This document shows, piece by piece, positions 19,581 through 28,664 of a stretch of 64,000 nt of DNA. The notes below the pieces were generated by a model, which was not told where the DNA came from, made no database searches, and saw only the letters and a list, made by a program, of their open reading frames with translations. The DNA is from Spirochaetia bacterium (lineage in GTDB: Bacteria; Spirochaetota; Spirochaetia; UBA9216): NCBI GenBank assembly GCA_963677925.2, contig CAXXYH010000004.1:960001-1024000 (forward strand), given 5' to 3'. The translations under genes and the position numbers were made by a program. How positions within the stretch are numbered: position 1 is the first letter of the stretch; each line of letters starts with the position of its first letter.

Positions 19581-20492
19581 ATGCCGCTGATATCTGCCAT
19601 AATCCCTGTATACAACCGTCCCGCCCATCTTATAAAGGCTGTCGGAAGCGTACTTTCGCAGTCAATGTCCGACTTTGAGCTCATCATAGCCGATGACGGC
19701 TCTACAGATGAAACACCCTTTATAGCCGACAGGCTTGCGTCTGAGGACAACCGGATAAAGGTTTTTAAGTTACAGCATAACGGGATGCCCGGGGCGGCTA
19801 GAAACCGCGGAGCAGAATCCGCAGAAGGTGAGTATCTGGCTTTTCTGGATTCAGATGACTACTGGTTTCCTGATAAACTTAAGCATCAGTTTGAACTGAT
19901 GCAGGCTGATGCCTTTCAGATATCACATACCCGGGAACAGTGGATGAGAAACGGAAAGGAAGTGAGCCAGAAGGGACAGAAACACCGCCGGGAAGGCAAT
20001 ATATTCAGTGATGCTCTTAAAAAGTGCATAATCGGACCTTCAACTGTAATGATGCGTCGTGATTTTTATTTTGATACCGGTGGGTTCAATGAAAATCTTG
20101 AGATAGCGGAGGACTATGAATACTGGTTACGCATAACCCCCGCTGCAAATGTTGGTTATCTGAATGAAAAACATACATGTAAACAGGCCGGCGACTGGCC
20201 GCAGCTTTCTGAAAAGTACGGCAGAATCGAATGGTTCAGGCTTACGGGGCTTGCCGGTCTTCTGGGTGTGTCCGCTGCATTTAAAGAAATATACCCTGAT
20301 TTTCCAGGGGCAATGTATACTGAAGGCTATAAGTGGGATGGCTTTTCAGGCACGCAGAAGGAAGCTGCCTTCAATGAACTGAAATTTAAATGCAGGGTTT
20401 GGAGTGAAGGCTGCAGGAAGCATGGCAGGCCGGAGGAATCCCAACAGCTTGAAGGCTTAATTAAAAAAATGGAGGCGGATTATGCAGACTGA
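19581..20492 (+). CDS. Glycosyltransferase family 2
   Basis: ISAIIPVYNR, ADDGSTD, AARNRG, AFLDSDD (DxD) and EDYEYWLR motifs. Confidence 0.92.
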   Translation: MPLISAIIPVYNRPAHLIKAVGSVLSQSMSDFELIIADDGSTDETPFIADRLASEDNRIKVFKLQHNGMPGAARNRGAESAEGEYLAFLDSDDYWFPDKLKHQFELMQADAFQISHTREQWMRNGKEVSQKGQKHRREGNIFSDALKKCIIGPSTVMMRRDFYFDTGGFNENLEIAEDYEYWLRITPAANVGYLNEKHTCKQAGDWPQLSEKYGRIEWFRLTGLAGLLGVSAAFKEIYPDFPGAMYTEGYKWDGFSGTQKEAAFNELKFKCRVWSEGCRKHGRPEESQQLEGLIKKMEADYAD

Positions 20493-21540
20493 AATTACCG
20501 AAAAAACTGTACTTCTCGATTCAAGCGGGAATATTGAAACTCCCGGCTGGGCAAGGAAGCCTTTATTCAGTTACGAGAGGAATATGATTAAAGCCCCTGC
20601 ATGGAGAATCAAGGAGTGGGACTACTACTGTGTTATGAATGATACCGACGGTATCGCTCTGACGGTTGCCGATAATGGATATATGGCATTTTATTCTGTC
20701 ACAGTATTTGATTTTAAGAATAAAACCGAAACCAGCGGATCTGTTATGGGGCTTTTTCCTATGGGCGCACTTAATTTGCCCGGTTCTTCTGAGGAGGGGG
20801 ATATTGTTGTAAATGAAAAAGGCATAACAATGAGGTTCCTTCTAAAACCTGATGGAAACAGCCTGATAAGAACTCTTGAGATTGATTTTCCGTCCTTTGA
20901 CAGAGGTAACGGCCTCAGCGGTTCGATTGTTCTTGAACAGCCTCTTTCTGATGACAGTATGGTGATTGCCACTCCCTTTGATAAATCCGGACATTTCTAC
21001 TTCAACCGGAAGATTAACTGTATGAAGGCTGAAGGCAGTCTTATCTGCGGCCGGAAAAGCATCGATTTTAAAAACAATTCAAATAAAAACAGTACTTATG
21101 CAGTCCTTGACTGGGGAAGGGGTGTCTGGACGTATAATAATACGTGGTACTGGGGGTCCGGATCAGGGATTGTTGACGATAAGCGCTTTGGATTCAACAT
21201 AGGCTACGGCTTCGGTGATACCTCGGCCGCAACCGAGAATATCATCTTCTATGACGGCAGGGGGCATAAATTTAATGATATTGTATTCAATATTCCCACA
21301 GATTCAAATGGCCGGGAGCAGTATACGGACCCCTGGACATTCACAAGTTCAGACGGCCGATTTGAAATGGAATTCAGTCCGGTTATAGACCGTTTTTCGG
21401 ACACCAACCTTCTGCTGATAAGGAGCTGCCAGCATCAGGTTTTCGGTAAGTTCAGCGGCAGGGCTGTCCTTGATGACGGAACAGCCCTTGAAATAAAAGA
21501 CTTTATGGGATTTGCTGAGAAGGTTCTCAACCGCTGGTAA
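20482..21540 (+). CDS. DUF2804 family protein
   Basis: PGWARKP, RIKEWDYY, LDWGRGVW.Y...WYW, HQVFGKFSG and C-terminal FAEKV.NRW. Confidence 0.8.
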   Translation: MQTEITEKTVLLDSSGNIETPGWARKPLFSYERNMIKAPAWRIKEWDYYCVMNDTDGIALTVADNGYMAFYSVTVFDFKNKTETSGSVMGLFPMGALNLPGSSEEGDIVVNEKGITMRFLLKPDGNSLIRTLEIDFPSFDRGNGLSGSIVLEQPLSDDSMVIATPFDKSGHFYFNRKINCMKAEGSLICGRKSIDFKNNSNKNSTYAVLDWGRGVWTYNNTWYWGSGSGIVDDKRFGFNIGYGFGDTSAATENIIFYDGRGHKFNDIVFNIPTDSNGREQYTDPWTFTSSDGRFEMEFSPVIDRFSDTNLLLIRSCQHQVFGKFSGRAVLDDGTALEIKDFMGFAEKVLNRW

Positions 21541-21564
21541 ATACGATGCAGATTTACAGGGAGG

Positions 21565-22392
21565 TTATTTCACTTCGCTGCGCAGTACTTCGGCAAGCTC
21601 AGGATCCTGCATTGCATACTTTATAATCGCCTGCAGATAGCCTGCCGGGGCTCCTGTATCAAGTCTCTCTCCCTCTGTTTCGCAGTATACTACGTTTCCG
21701 GCCGACATCATTTTATTAAGGGCGTATGTGTGGAAGTATTCACCGGAAGTATGTTTTGACCATCCCTCTTCCAGTAAGTCGAAAATCTCAGGAGTATAAA
21801 GATATCTTCCTATTGAAGCCTCACAGCTTGGTTCAGTTCCCGGAGCCGGTTTTTCAACGATGTCAGTAACATGCAGCCCGTCGTCGGCCAGCTTGAGAAT
21901 ACCGTAGCGTTCAAGGTTCGGCGGATTATGCAGGGTCGCCATGACGCTGCAGCCGGTTTCCCTGTATTTTTCGATAAGCTGAAGGGCAAGCGGCTTTTCG
22001 CCGAAGTGCAGGTCGTCAGGGTAGGCAACGACAAAGGGTTCACCGTCAAGCATGGGTCTTGCCTGCATCAGCGCATGGCCGGTTCCCATCATTTCCTGCT
22101 GACGTACAAACAGAAATTTCGCGTTATAGGGTTTGATTTTTGCAGCCTTTGCTGCCGAACCCTCTTTGTCAAATACAGACTCCAGTTCGATCTCTCTGTC
22201 GAGGAAGTCTTCCAGACTTTTTTTTCGTCTGGATGTAATGATTAGAATCTCGTCAATTCCGGAATTAATAAACTCCTCAATTATAAAAGCAATTGACGGT
22301 TTATCTATAAGAGGAAGCATTTCCTTCGGGATAGTCTTGGTCACGGGAAGAAATCTGGTGCCGTATCCGGCTGCTACAATAAGTCCTTTCAT
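21565..22392 (-). CDS. galU: UTP--glucose-1-phosphate uridylyltransferase
   Basis: AAGYGTRFLPVTKTIPKEMLPLIDKP, GTGHA, VEKP, IGRY; start moved to MKGLIV at 22392. Confidence 0.9.
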   Translation of the reverse strand: MKGLIVAAGYGTRFLPVTKTIPKEMLPLIDKPSIAFIIEEFINSGIDEILIITSRRKKSLEDFLDREIELESVFDKEGSAAKAAKIKPYNAKFLFVRQQEMMGTGHALMQARPMLDGEPFVVAYPDDLHFGEKPLALQLIEKYRETGCSVMATLHNPPNLERYGILKLADDGLHVTDIVEKPAPGTEPSCEASIGRYLYTPEIFDLLEEGWSKHTSGEYFHTYALNKMMSAGNVVYCETEGERLDTGAPAGYLQAIIKYAMQDPELAEVLRSEVK

Positions 22393-22460
22393 AGGTTTAT
22401 TATGCAGAAATAGAGAGGTCAATTCAAGATTGACTATAGTGTTTATACTTTTATGTAATA

Positions 22461-22490
22461 AAAAACCGGAAGAATAATCTTCCGGTTTTT
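22461..22490. terminator. Intrinsic terminator downstream of the 23591 lipoprotein gene
   Basis: AAAAACCGGAAGA-ATAA-TCTTCCGGTTTTT perfect hairpin with A/T tails. Confidence 0.88.
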
Positions 22491-22517
22491 ATAAATTATA
22501 AAGGATATTGAGGAATA

Positions 22518-23591
22518 TTATTCCGGATATGCTGCAACCGGAGTTCCGGCGCTTGTGATGCTTCCGTCGGCTTCTTCTTCATAGGCTGCTGTAAAAGTGA
22601 CAATGGTTGAAGAGTCCTGATCCTTTACCAGTGTGTTTGAATTAACGGTTTTCTTTCCGGTAGGCAGAATCTCATATCGGATAACTGTTTCGGAAAGAGT
22701 AGCGCCGGCATAATCAAGATCGGTTGTGTTGTCGTTAAACAGTCTCTTTAGAAATACGATGATGTTATCACTGGTTGACTGGTTGGATGAATCCCTTTCT
22801 ATGCATTTTTCATAAGATACGGATGTTTTTGTTATATCAGAACCTGATGTAATCTCCGTATAATATCTTGTTCCGGTAATCAGTCTGTAGTTAGTCCAAA
22901 TCCAGAATCCGCTCTCTTCTTCCTGGATATAGCTGACCATACTGGACCATGTTGCAGTTCCTGTTCCGTCATCGGCAGGCGCCCAGTTTCCATCTGAGTC
23001 GGGAGTCGGAAAACTCAGCTCCCCGTTTATGTCGAATTCTGCGTAATTTGAACTTAATCCGTCGGCTGTTGTTGCAATTATTTCTTCATAACGAATCGTT
23101 CCGTTGTCATATTCTGTCTGGAATGTACTTCTGAGGTTGTCGTTACGCGTCCCTGCCGAATCACAGATATAATCCGCTGATGTATATACTCCATCCTCAT
23201 CTGCATCCAGGATGAAGTATACTTCGGTGGTTGATGAAATAGAATCTTTTTTAGGGTATGTGGTCACTGATGATACTTTGTAAACATTAGTTACGAGGGT
23301 TTTTTCAATTGTAACATCGGTTTTCTGGCCCTTTTCGGGATAATTGTTTTTTCTGCCGGTAGCAGGTGTGGAATCAGTCGGTAAAGTTATGCTGTCCGTA
23401 TAGGCCGGCCATGCCGCACGGCTTTCGGCGATTTCGTCATCGCCCCTTAACATGTAGTATGAACTGAGCAGGTAATCAGCCTGTTCAACGGTGATGCGGT
23501 CGGTAGTCCCGTTACATCCTGATGTAATAATTACTGCCGCTATAATTAAAATAGTGAGCGAAATAGGTCCTGTAATTTTTATCCGCTTCAT
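22518..23591 (-). CDS. Hypothetical lipoprotein
   Basis: RBS AAGGAG, basic-hydrophobic signal, lipobox ITSGC; rich in T/D/S/Y. Confidence 0.75.
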   Translation of the reverse strand: MKRIKITGPISLTILIIAAVIITSGCNGTTDRITVEQADYLLSSYYMLRGDDEIAESRAAWPAYTDSITLPTDSTPATGRKNNYPEKGQKTDVTIEKTLVTNVYKVSSVTTYPKKDSISSTTEVYFILDADEDGVYTSADYICDSAGTRNDNLRSTFQTEYDNGTIRYEEIIATTADGLSSNYAEFDINGELSFPTPDSDGNWAPADDGTGTATWSSMVSYIQEEESGFWIWTNYRLITGTRYYTEITSGSDITKTSVSYEKCIERDSSNQSTSDNIIVFLKRLFNDNTTDLDYAGATLSETVIRYEILPTGKKTVNSNTLVKDQDSSTIVTFTAAYEEEADGSITSAGTPVAAYPE

Positions 23592-23767
23592 ATAACACTC
23601 CTTAAAGGCCGTTAACCTTCGTTACGGCTGCATTATTACAATTATTAGATCTGTATAAAGATATCTCAATATAAGATAATATCAATAAACTTTATTCGTA
23701 TTTGCCTAGTACTATTTTCTGATTTTATAATCGACAAATCAATCGTAGAGCTTGAATTCGGTCAATG

Positions 23768-25099
23768 TCAGGTTTTTGTCAGAATATATCTGTCTGCAAT
23801 TCTTAAATCATTAAAAAGGAGCTTCATGGCAAGCAGTGAGGCTGCGGAAGCCGAGATTAAATATGCTGTTCCCGGCGGAAAGGCTGTTACGAAAACCTGG
23901 ATTACAGCTATTACAGCGTTTGAGGTGAAAAACAGCAGTGAAGAATAATAGGCATGCCTGTACTGCTCTATGTAATAAAGATAATTAAGCAAAGTTAAGA
24001 GCAGAAGGTGTGAGAATACTGCTGCAAGTGTAATCTGCATAACCGGGTTATCAGTGATGATAATAAAAAATCCGGCTGTAACCGCCTGAAGCAGGCTCTG
24101 TTCCTTAAGGCTTTGAACGGTAGTTTTCTTAAGCTTCAGTTTTGCCCTGTTTATATCTGGGTAATGGGAATTTATCAGACGGTGCAGGAAGTGTTTGAGA
24201 GCTATATAGAAATCTGTTTCTGAATATACAACAAAGAAAATGAGTCCTGGAATCATAGTCAGATTAGCAAGATAAACTGGTATATCATACTCTGCAAACA
24301 TCCTGAAAAAAGTTCCTTCAATAGCGGTGCCTTTTGTAAACCAGAATATCAGTTTGTCGGCCCAAATCCCCCAGTAATAGAATAGCCCGGCACCAAGCAG
24401 ATAACGGTATTTGTAAACGAAGCCTGATCTTTTTTCCAGTTCAGGCTTTTGAGGCTTGTAGGCTGAAGCTGAAAGCAGTACAAGCAGTAATACTATTACA
24501 ATATGGCCGGCTGTGAACCCTGCCAGAGCACCTGCTGTTCCGTATGGTTGTATAAGAAGTTTTATCAGAACCAGTGATGATGCAAGCCCTGCGGTATATA
24601 CTACAAGAATCTTGATATACCACTTCAAAACAGATACAAAGAGCATTATGAGCCACAGACAGTTGACTGTCATAAAAAGTACGGCTGCGGATATTTTGAA
24701 TAGAAGAAGATGTTCAATCCCTGTATCAATGGACAGTACTGCGGGAAGTGCGATAACAGCGGATACTCCTGCTACCGGAAGCATGATCAGCAGTACATAT
24801 CCCAGGGCCTGCCTCTCCTGTTTTTCATAAATCAGGTCACTCATTCGCCTGGTGAAAAGGTAGTGTACTCCTCCGAAAATAAACAGTGAAAATGCATAAC
24901 AGTAGATCACTGCACCCATGAAGAGTTCCAGACTGCCGTTGCCTGAAAAATCAACCAGTTTCTGAATAATTGAGATTGTCAGAATTGAAAGAAGCCAGGG
25001 GCCGGCAACGATCATTGCACCGGACATAGCCGTCTGCATAAATGCGCTTACTCCTCCCTTGCTTACAACCCTCCGTAGTTCAAAACCGATGCCGGCCAT
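23768..25099 (-). CDS. pelG: Pel exopolysaccharide transporter PelG
   Basis: N-terminus MAGIGFELRR, AGPWLLSIL, GIWADKLIFW, YDIPVYLA.LT.IPG, ETDFY; multi-pass membrane protein. Confidence 0.93.
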   Translation of the reverse strand: MAGIGFELRRVVSKGGVSAFMQTAMSGAMIVAGPWLLSILTISIIQKLVDFSGNGSLELFMGAVIYCYAFSLFIFGGVHYLFTRRMSDLIYEKQERQALGYVLLIMLPVAGVSAVIALPAVLSIDTGIEHLLLFKISAAVLFMTVNCLWLIMLFVSVLKWYIKILVVYTAGLASSLVLIKLLIQPYGTAGALAGFTAGHIVIVLLLVLLSASAYKPQKPELEKRSGFVYKYRYLLGAGLFYYWGIWADKLIFWFTKGTAIEGTFFRMFAEYDIPVYLANLTMIPGLIFFVVYSETDFYIALKHFLHRLINSHYPDINRAKLKLKKTTVQSLKEQSLLQAVTAGFFIIITDNPVMQITLAAVFSHLLLLTLLNYLYYIEQYRHAYYSSLLFFTSNAVIAVIQVFVTAFPPGTAYLISASAASLLAMKLLFNDLRIADRYILTKT

Positions 25100-26496
25100 T
25101 ATTCAGCATTCCTCCCTGTGGTGGTATAGATTTCTGAATATTTCTTATGCAGGTCTGTCTTGTCGTAGAAGGTTACGGTTTTGTACCGGTTGGATTCTAT
25201 GAGAGACTTTCGTTCATCGGGATGACTGTACAGATAAATTATTGCAGATGCCAGCTTCTGGGCGTCCTTTGGGGCTGATATGAAGCGCTCGTCATAATCA
25301 AGCATCTCCGGAACGTTTCCGACACCGGTTGATACAACCGGAACACCTGCACAGTAGGCTTCAAGTATGACCAGAGGCTGCGCCTCCCGGACGCTTGTCA
25401 GCGCCATCACATCAAGGAATTTATAATAGTTCAGTACATTCTGTCTGCCGGTAAAGATGAAACGGTCTGTTATTTTCAGGCTCTCAGTCAGCATCACGCA
25501 GTCCCTGTAGTAACCGGGATCTTCATCTGTAGGGCCGATGCAGTAAAAAATTGCCTCGGGTATCCGCTCCAGTACAATCTTTGCTGTTGAAATGTAGGTT
25601 TTAATATCCTTTATAGGAACAACTCTGCCCACAAGACCCACATGGAATCCCTCTTTTTCCTCGCGCTCAACCATGAATCTCTGTATATCAATACCATTGG
25701 GAATGACCTCTGTTTTTGCAGGATCGGCGCCAAGTTCATGCTGTTTCCGTCTGTTTTCTTCGAACAGAGAGATGATTTTATCAGCGTGCTTGTAGCAGAT
25801 TGTGCTGAAGTTATTGTAAAGGCCGGTCCACATGTCACGCTGGTAGCCGCGGATGATGTTGGTCTTTCTGATTTCCATTTCGCGTTCTTTGTGGTAAAGA
25901 CCGTGCTCGGTAAGGATGCAGGGTTTGTTGTGCCTTATTGAGGCCGAAATAGCTGCTATTCCGGCAAAGCCTGTTGAAATTGCATGATAAATATCGGCCT
26001 GAGGAGCTCTGCTTCCGATTATTGTAAACAGCATGTCGAAGGCCGATTTCCATGCCCAGTAGTAATCTGTAAACGCATAGATAGGGTTGTTCTTCAGGTT
26101 CCCTTTGATCATTCGCTGCCAGCCGGCCTCGCTGTTTATGGCTTTGTCATATAGAAAATAGCCTTCGGGTATAATGTTGACAAGTTTTCTGAAGCTGCCC
26201 GGATCACCGTACTCTGTGAGATCGTGAGCTATCAAAACTGCGGTATCGGTATCTTTTCGAGAGGGCGGGTGTTCAGTTGATTCGTAGTGCTTATTGAGTA
26301 CTATATCATGGTGCAGAACTACGTTTTCAGGAAGGGTGTAGCGCAGTTCCATGTCCTCTTCGGGTGATATGGTATACAGAATAAAATCAAAATCAGGAAG
26401 ATTCAGGATGAGATCATGAGTCCAGGCTGACACGCCGCCTGTAATATAGGGGTAGGAGCCCTCAAGGACGAGTGCTATTTTTATTCTTCCGCTCAT
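25099..26496 (-). CDS. pelF: Pel glycosyltransferase PelF (GT4)
   Basis: LEGSYPYITGGVSAW, HAISTGFAG, LTEHGLY..ER..EI, GRVVPIKDIKT, EAQPLVILEA (EX7E). Confidence 0.95.
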   Translation of the reverse strand: MSGRIKIALVLEGSYPYITGGVSAWTHDLILNLPDFDFILYTISPEEDMELRYTLPENVVLHHDIVLNKHYESTEHPPSRKDTDTAVLIAHDLTEYGDPGSFRKLVNIIPEGYFLYDKAINSEAGWQRMIKGNLKNNPIYAFTDYYWAWKSAFDMLFTIIGSRAPQADIYHAISTGFAGIAAISASIRHNKPCILTEHGLYHKEREMEIRKTNIIRGYQRDMWTGLYNNFSTICYKHADKIISLFEENRRKQHELGADPAKTEVIPNGIDIQRFMVEREEKEGFHVGLVGRVVPIKDIKTYISTAKIVLERIPEAIFYCIGPTDEDPGYYRDCVMLTESLKITDRFIFTGRQNVLNYYKFLDVMALTSVREAQPLVILEAYCAGVPVVSTGVGNVPEMLDYDERFISAPKDAQKLASAIIYLYSHPDERKSLIESNRYKTVTFYDKTDLHKKYSEIYTTTGRNAE

Positions 26497-27215
26497 TGTT
26501 CCTTCCAGAAGTCAATAAGTTCCAGTGTTTCAGTATCCAGATCCTCACGATGTTTTTCAAGAAGACCAAGGTATCTGTTCACCTCTGCGAAATCTCTTTC
26601 CCTGAAGGCGATTTCAGCTTTCATAAGTATAAATTCAGGAACACCTTTTTCTGCGTCTGCAAGTATTACCTTTGCCTGAAAGGGCAGGTTAAGTTCCAGC
26701 AGGACCCTTGCCATGTTGAGACGGTCCTTACGGATTAGTTCTTTCTTCTTTTGAATCTCCCTGTAGCATCCGAAAGATTCCTGAAGGTAGAAATTTTTAA
26801 GATCCGGAGTCATCTTGTTGATCACAGACATCTGCATGTAAAGATCGGCTTTCAGTCTGAAATTATCATCTGCAGCTTCTTCAATTTTTCGGTTGTATTC
26901 ATTTTCTATAGCATTAATGCTTTCGGCAGCAAACAGCGCAATTTCTTTATCTCTGTTTTTAACAAGTTTATTCAGGATGTCAACAAGCAGACTGTTAGTC
27001 ATGATGTCTCTGTCACGCTGAGCAAGGATTCTTTCTATTTCATACAGATTGTCAGGATTTTCTATCACCGGTTCAATTGATGTTGTCTTGTAGATGAAAA
27101 CTTCAGCGGGGATGAAGCCCTTTCTTGCCGCCTTGTACGCCGCATAGGGAGTTTTAGGTGCAAAGTACTGATCCATGGATTTGATGTAGTCATAGCTGTT
27201 TGCAGACATTTCCAT
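26493..27215 (-). CDS. pelE: PelE-like HEAT/TPR protein lacking N-terminal TM helices
   Basis: Lies between pelD and pelF; IL..L....DKEIALFAAESINAIENEY helix, L..FYL motif, TPR-like C-half ending in FW. Confidence 0.65.
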   Translation of the reverse strand: MEMSANSYDYIKSMDQYFAPKTPYAAYKAARKGFIPAEVFIYKTTSIEPVIENPDNLYEIERILAQRDRDIMTNSLLVDILNKLVKNRDKEIALFAAESINAIENEYNRKIEEAADDNFRLKADLYMQMSVINKMTPDLKNFYLQESFGCYREIQKKKELIRKDRLNMARVLLELNLPFQAKVILADAEKGVPEFILMKAEIAFRERDFAEVNRYLGLLEKHREDLDTETLELIDFWKEQ

Positions 27216-27220
27216 CCTCC

Positions 27221-28621
27221 CTAGATCTTCTGAATTTCAAGGATATGTTCCGCTTCTTTGATAAGTTCTTCTGTATCAGAGGCGTTGTCTCCGAGAGTTG
27301 CATAACCGATTAACAGTTCTGGCTGGACAGCCCGGCCGTCGATTTCCCCCAGTCCATTATTTGCCATTTCCAGTATTTCGAGACAAAGCAGTGATGCTCC
27401 GTCGGAGGACACTCCGGGAATCAGTGCTGCAAACTGGTTCTCAGACTTGAACATAAAGAATTCCGCCATACCTGCAGCAAGAAGCTGGATCTCATTGATG
27501 AAATCAGTGAATACATTCCAGAGTTTCTTCTTCTTGAAGCTTTCGAACAGCTGCTGGTAATTTGCTATCTCAACTATCAGGAGGCTGACTTTCGGCGGTT
27601 CTTCTCCGGCTTCCGGTTTATACTTTTCAAGCATGTTGTAAAGCTGTGAAAACAACGGCAATCCGGTAGTTTTATCAATTTCGTTTTGCTGGGACTGTTT
27701 CTCATAGTTTACAGCTCGTGCAAGTGCAGGTTCGGCCAGGCTTATTATGATTTCAAGTATTTTCTCGGTATAGCTGTTGTATTTTATAAAAGGCATTTCT
27801 TCGATATTAAGAACGCCCCAGACTTTCTTCTGAATGGATATTGGGAGAGTTATTATATTTTCACCGGCGTCCATTTTGCTTAAATGCTCGAAATTGTTAA
27901 TCATCCGGACAGATACCATTCTATTGTTTCTGAAGACCCAGCCTTCAATGCTGTTTTCCATATCAAGGAATTCAGAATTATCTATCTTTCCTGATTTACT
28001 CCTTGAGGCAGCAGGAGAAAGAAAGCCCGGAACATTGGAAGGCGCCCAGATAGATGCCGATGTTGTCTCTGTGAACATTTCAACTGTTTCCAGAAGGATA
28101 TCGAGAGACTTGTTGAGATTCAGGCTGTCCATTCTGTGCATCTGGTTGTAAAGCGAGCTCAGCGAAACCCTCTGGCCTGAAATCCTCTGTTCCAGTTCTC
28201 TTGTTATTTCAAACTGTGCATCAGAAAGACTTTTCAGTCTCTGATTCTCTGCAGCAAGTTCTCTGTGACGGTTTTTAATTTCCTGCATTTTTCTCCGGTC
28301 ATTTGCCCTTAGGGTGCCGAAGATATAAATAAGAACCAGGCCTGTCGCTGCTGGGAAAGCATAACCGGTGATACTGTCTGAAAAAGGTTCACCATTTATG
28401 GAAATTTGAATAAACGCTGCAGCCGCCGAGATCAGCAGTGCAGTGAAGCCGGAAACGCGGTCGTATATAACTGCGCAGATTAGTGATGCAACGATATAAG
28501 GTGTAAACAGAAGGCCTGAGAACCCGGGTCCGCCGAATTTGATGAAAAAATCGACGGCCGCTATAATGATAATGATAGCCGCTGTTTCCATAATATGTTT
28601 GAAGTAGGTTTTCTGCCTCAT
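27221..28621 (-). CDS. pelD: PelD-like protein: TM helices, coiled coil, GAF and degenerate GGDEF domain
   Basis: About 4 N-terminal TMs, ELEQRI...SLSSLY coiled coil, GAF (WGVLNIEEMPF..Y), D..TGLP GGDEF start; first gene of the pelDEFG order. Confidence 0.82.
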   Translation of the reverse strand: MRQKTYFKHIMETAAIIIIIAAVDFFIKFGGPGFSGLLFTPYIVASLICAVIYDRVSGFTALLISAAAAFIQISINGEPFSDSITGYAFPAATGLVLIYIFGTLRANDRRKMQEIKNRHRELAAENQRLKSLSDAQFEITRELEQRISGQRVSLSSLYNQMHRMDSLNLNKSLDILLETVEMFTETTSASIWAPSNVPGFLSPAASRSKSGKIDNSEFLDMENSIEGWVFRNNRMVSVRMINNFEHLSKMDAGENIITLPISIQKKVWGVLNIEEMPFIKYNSYTEKILEIIISLAEPALARAVNYEKQSQQNEIDKTTGLPLFSQLYNMLEKYKPEAGEEPPKVSLLIVEIANYQQLFESFKKKKLWNVFTDFINEIQLLAAGMAEFFMFKSENQFAALIPGVSSDGASLLCLEILEMANNGLGEIDGRAVQPELLIGYATLGDNASDTEELIKEAEHILEIQKI

Positions 28622-28664
28622 TAGTATTATATTATACCGGATAGATTACGGAGGATAAAGAAGA

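Noticed and set aside
23592-23767. c-di-GMP-I riboswitch between pelG and the lipoprotein (GGCAAA seen on the minus strand)
   Set aside because: No GNRA-capped P2 stem or GACGCAAAG-type continuation; the region is simply AT-rich
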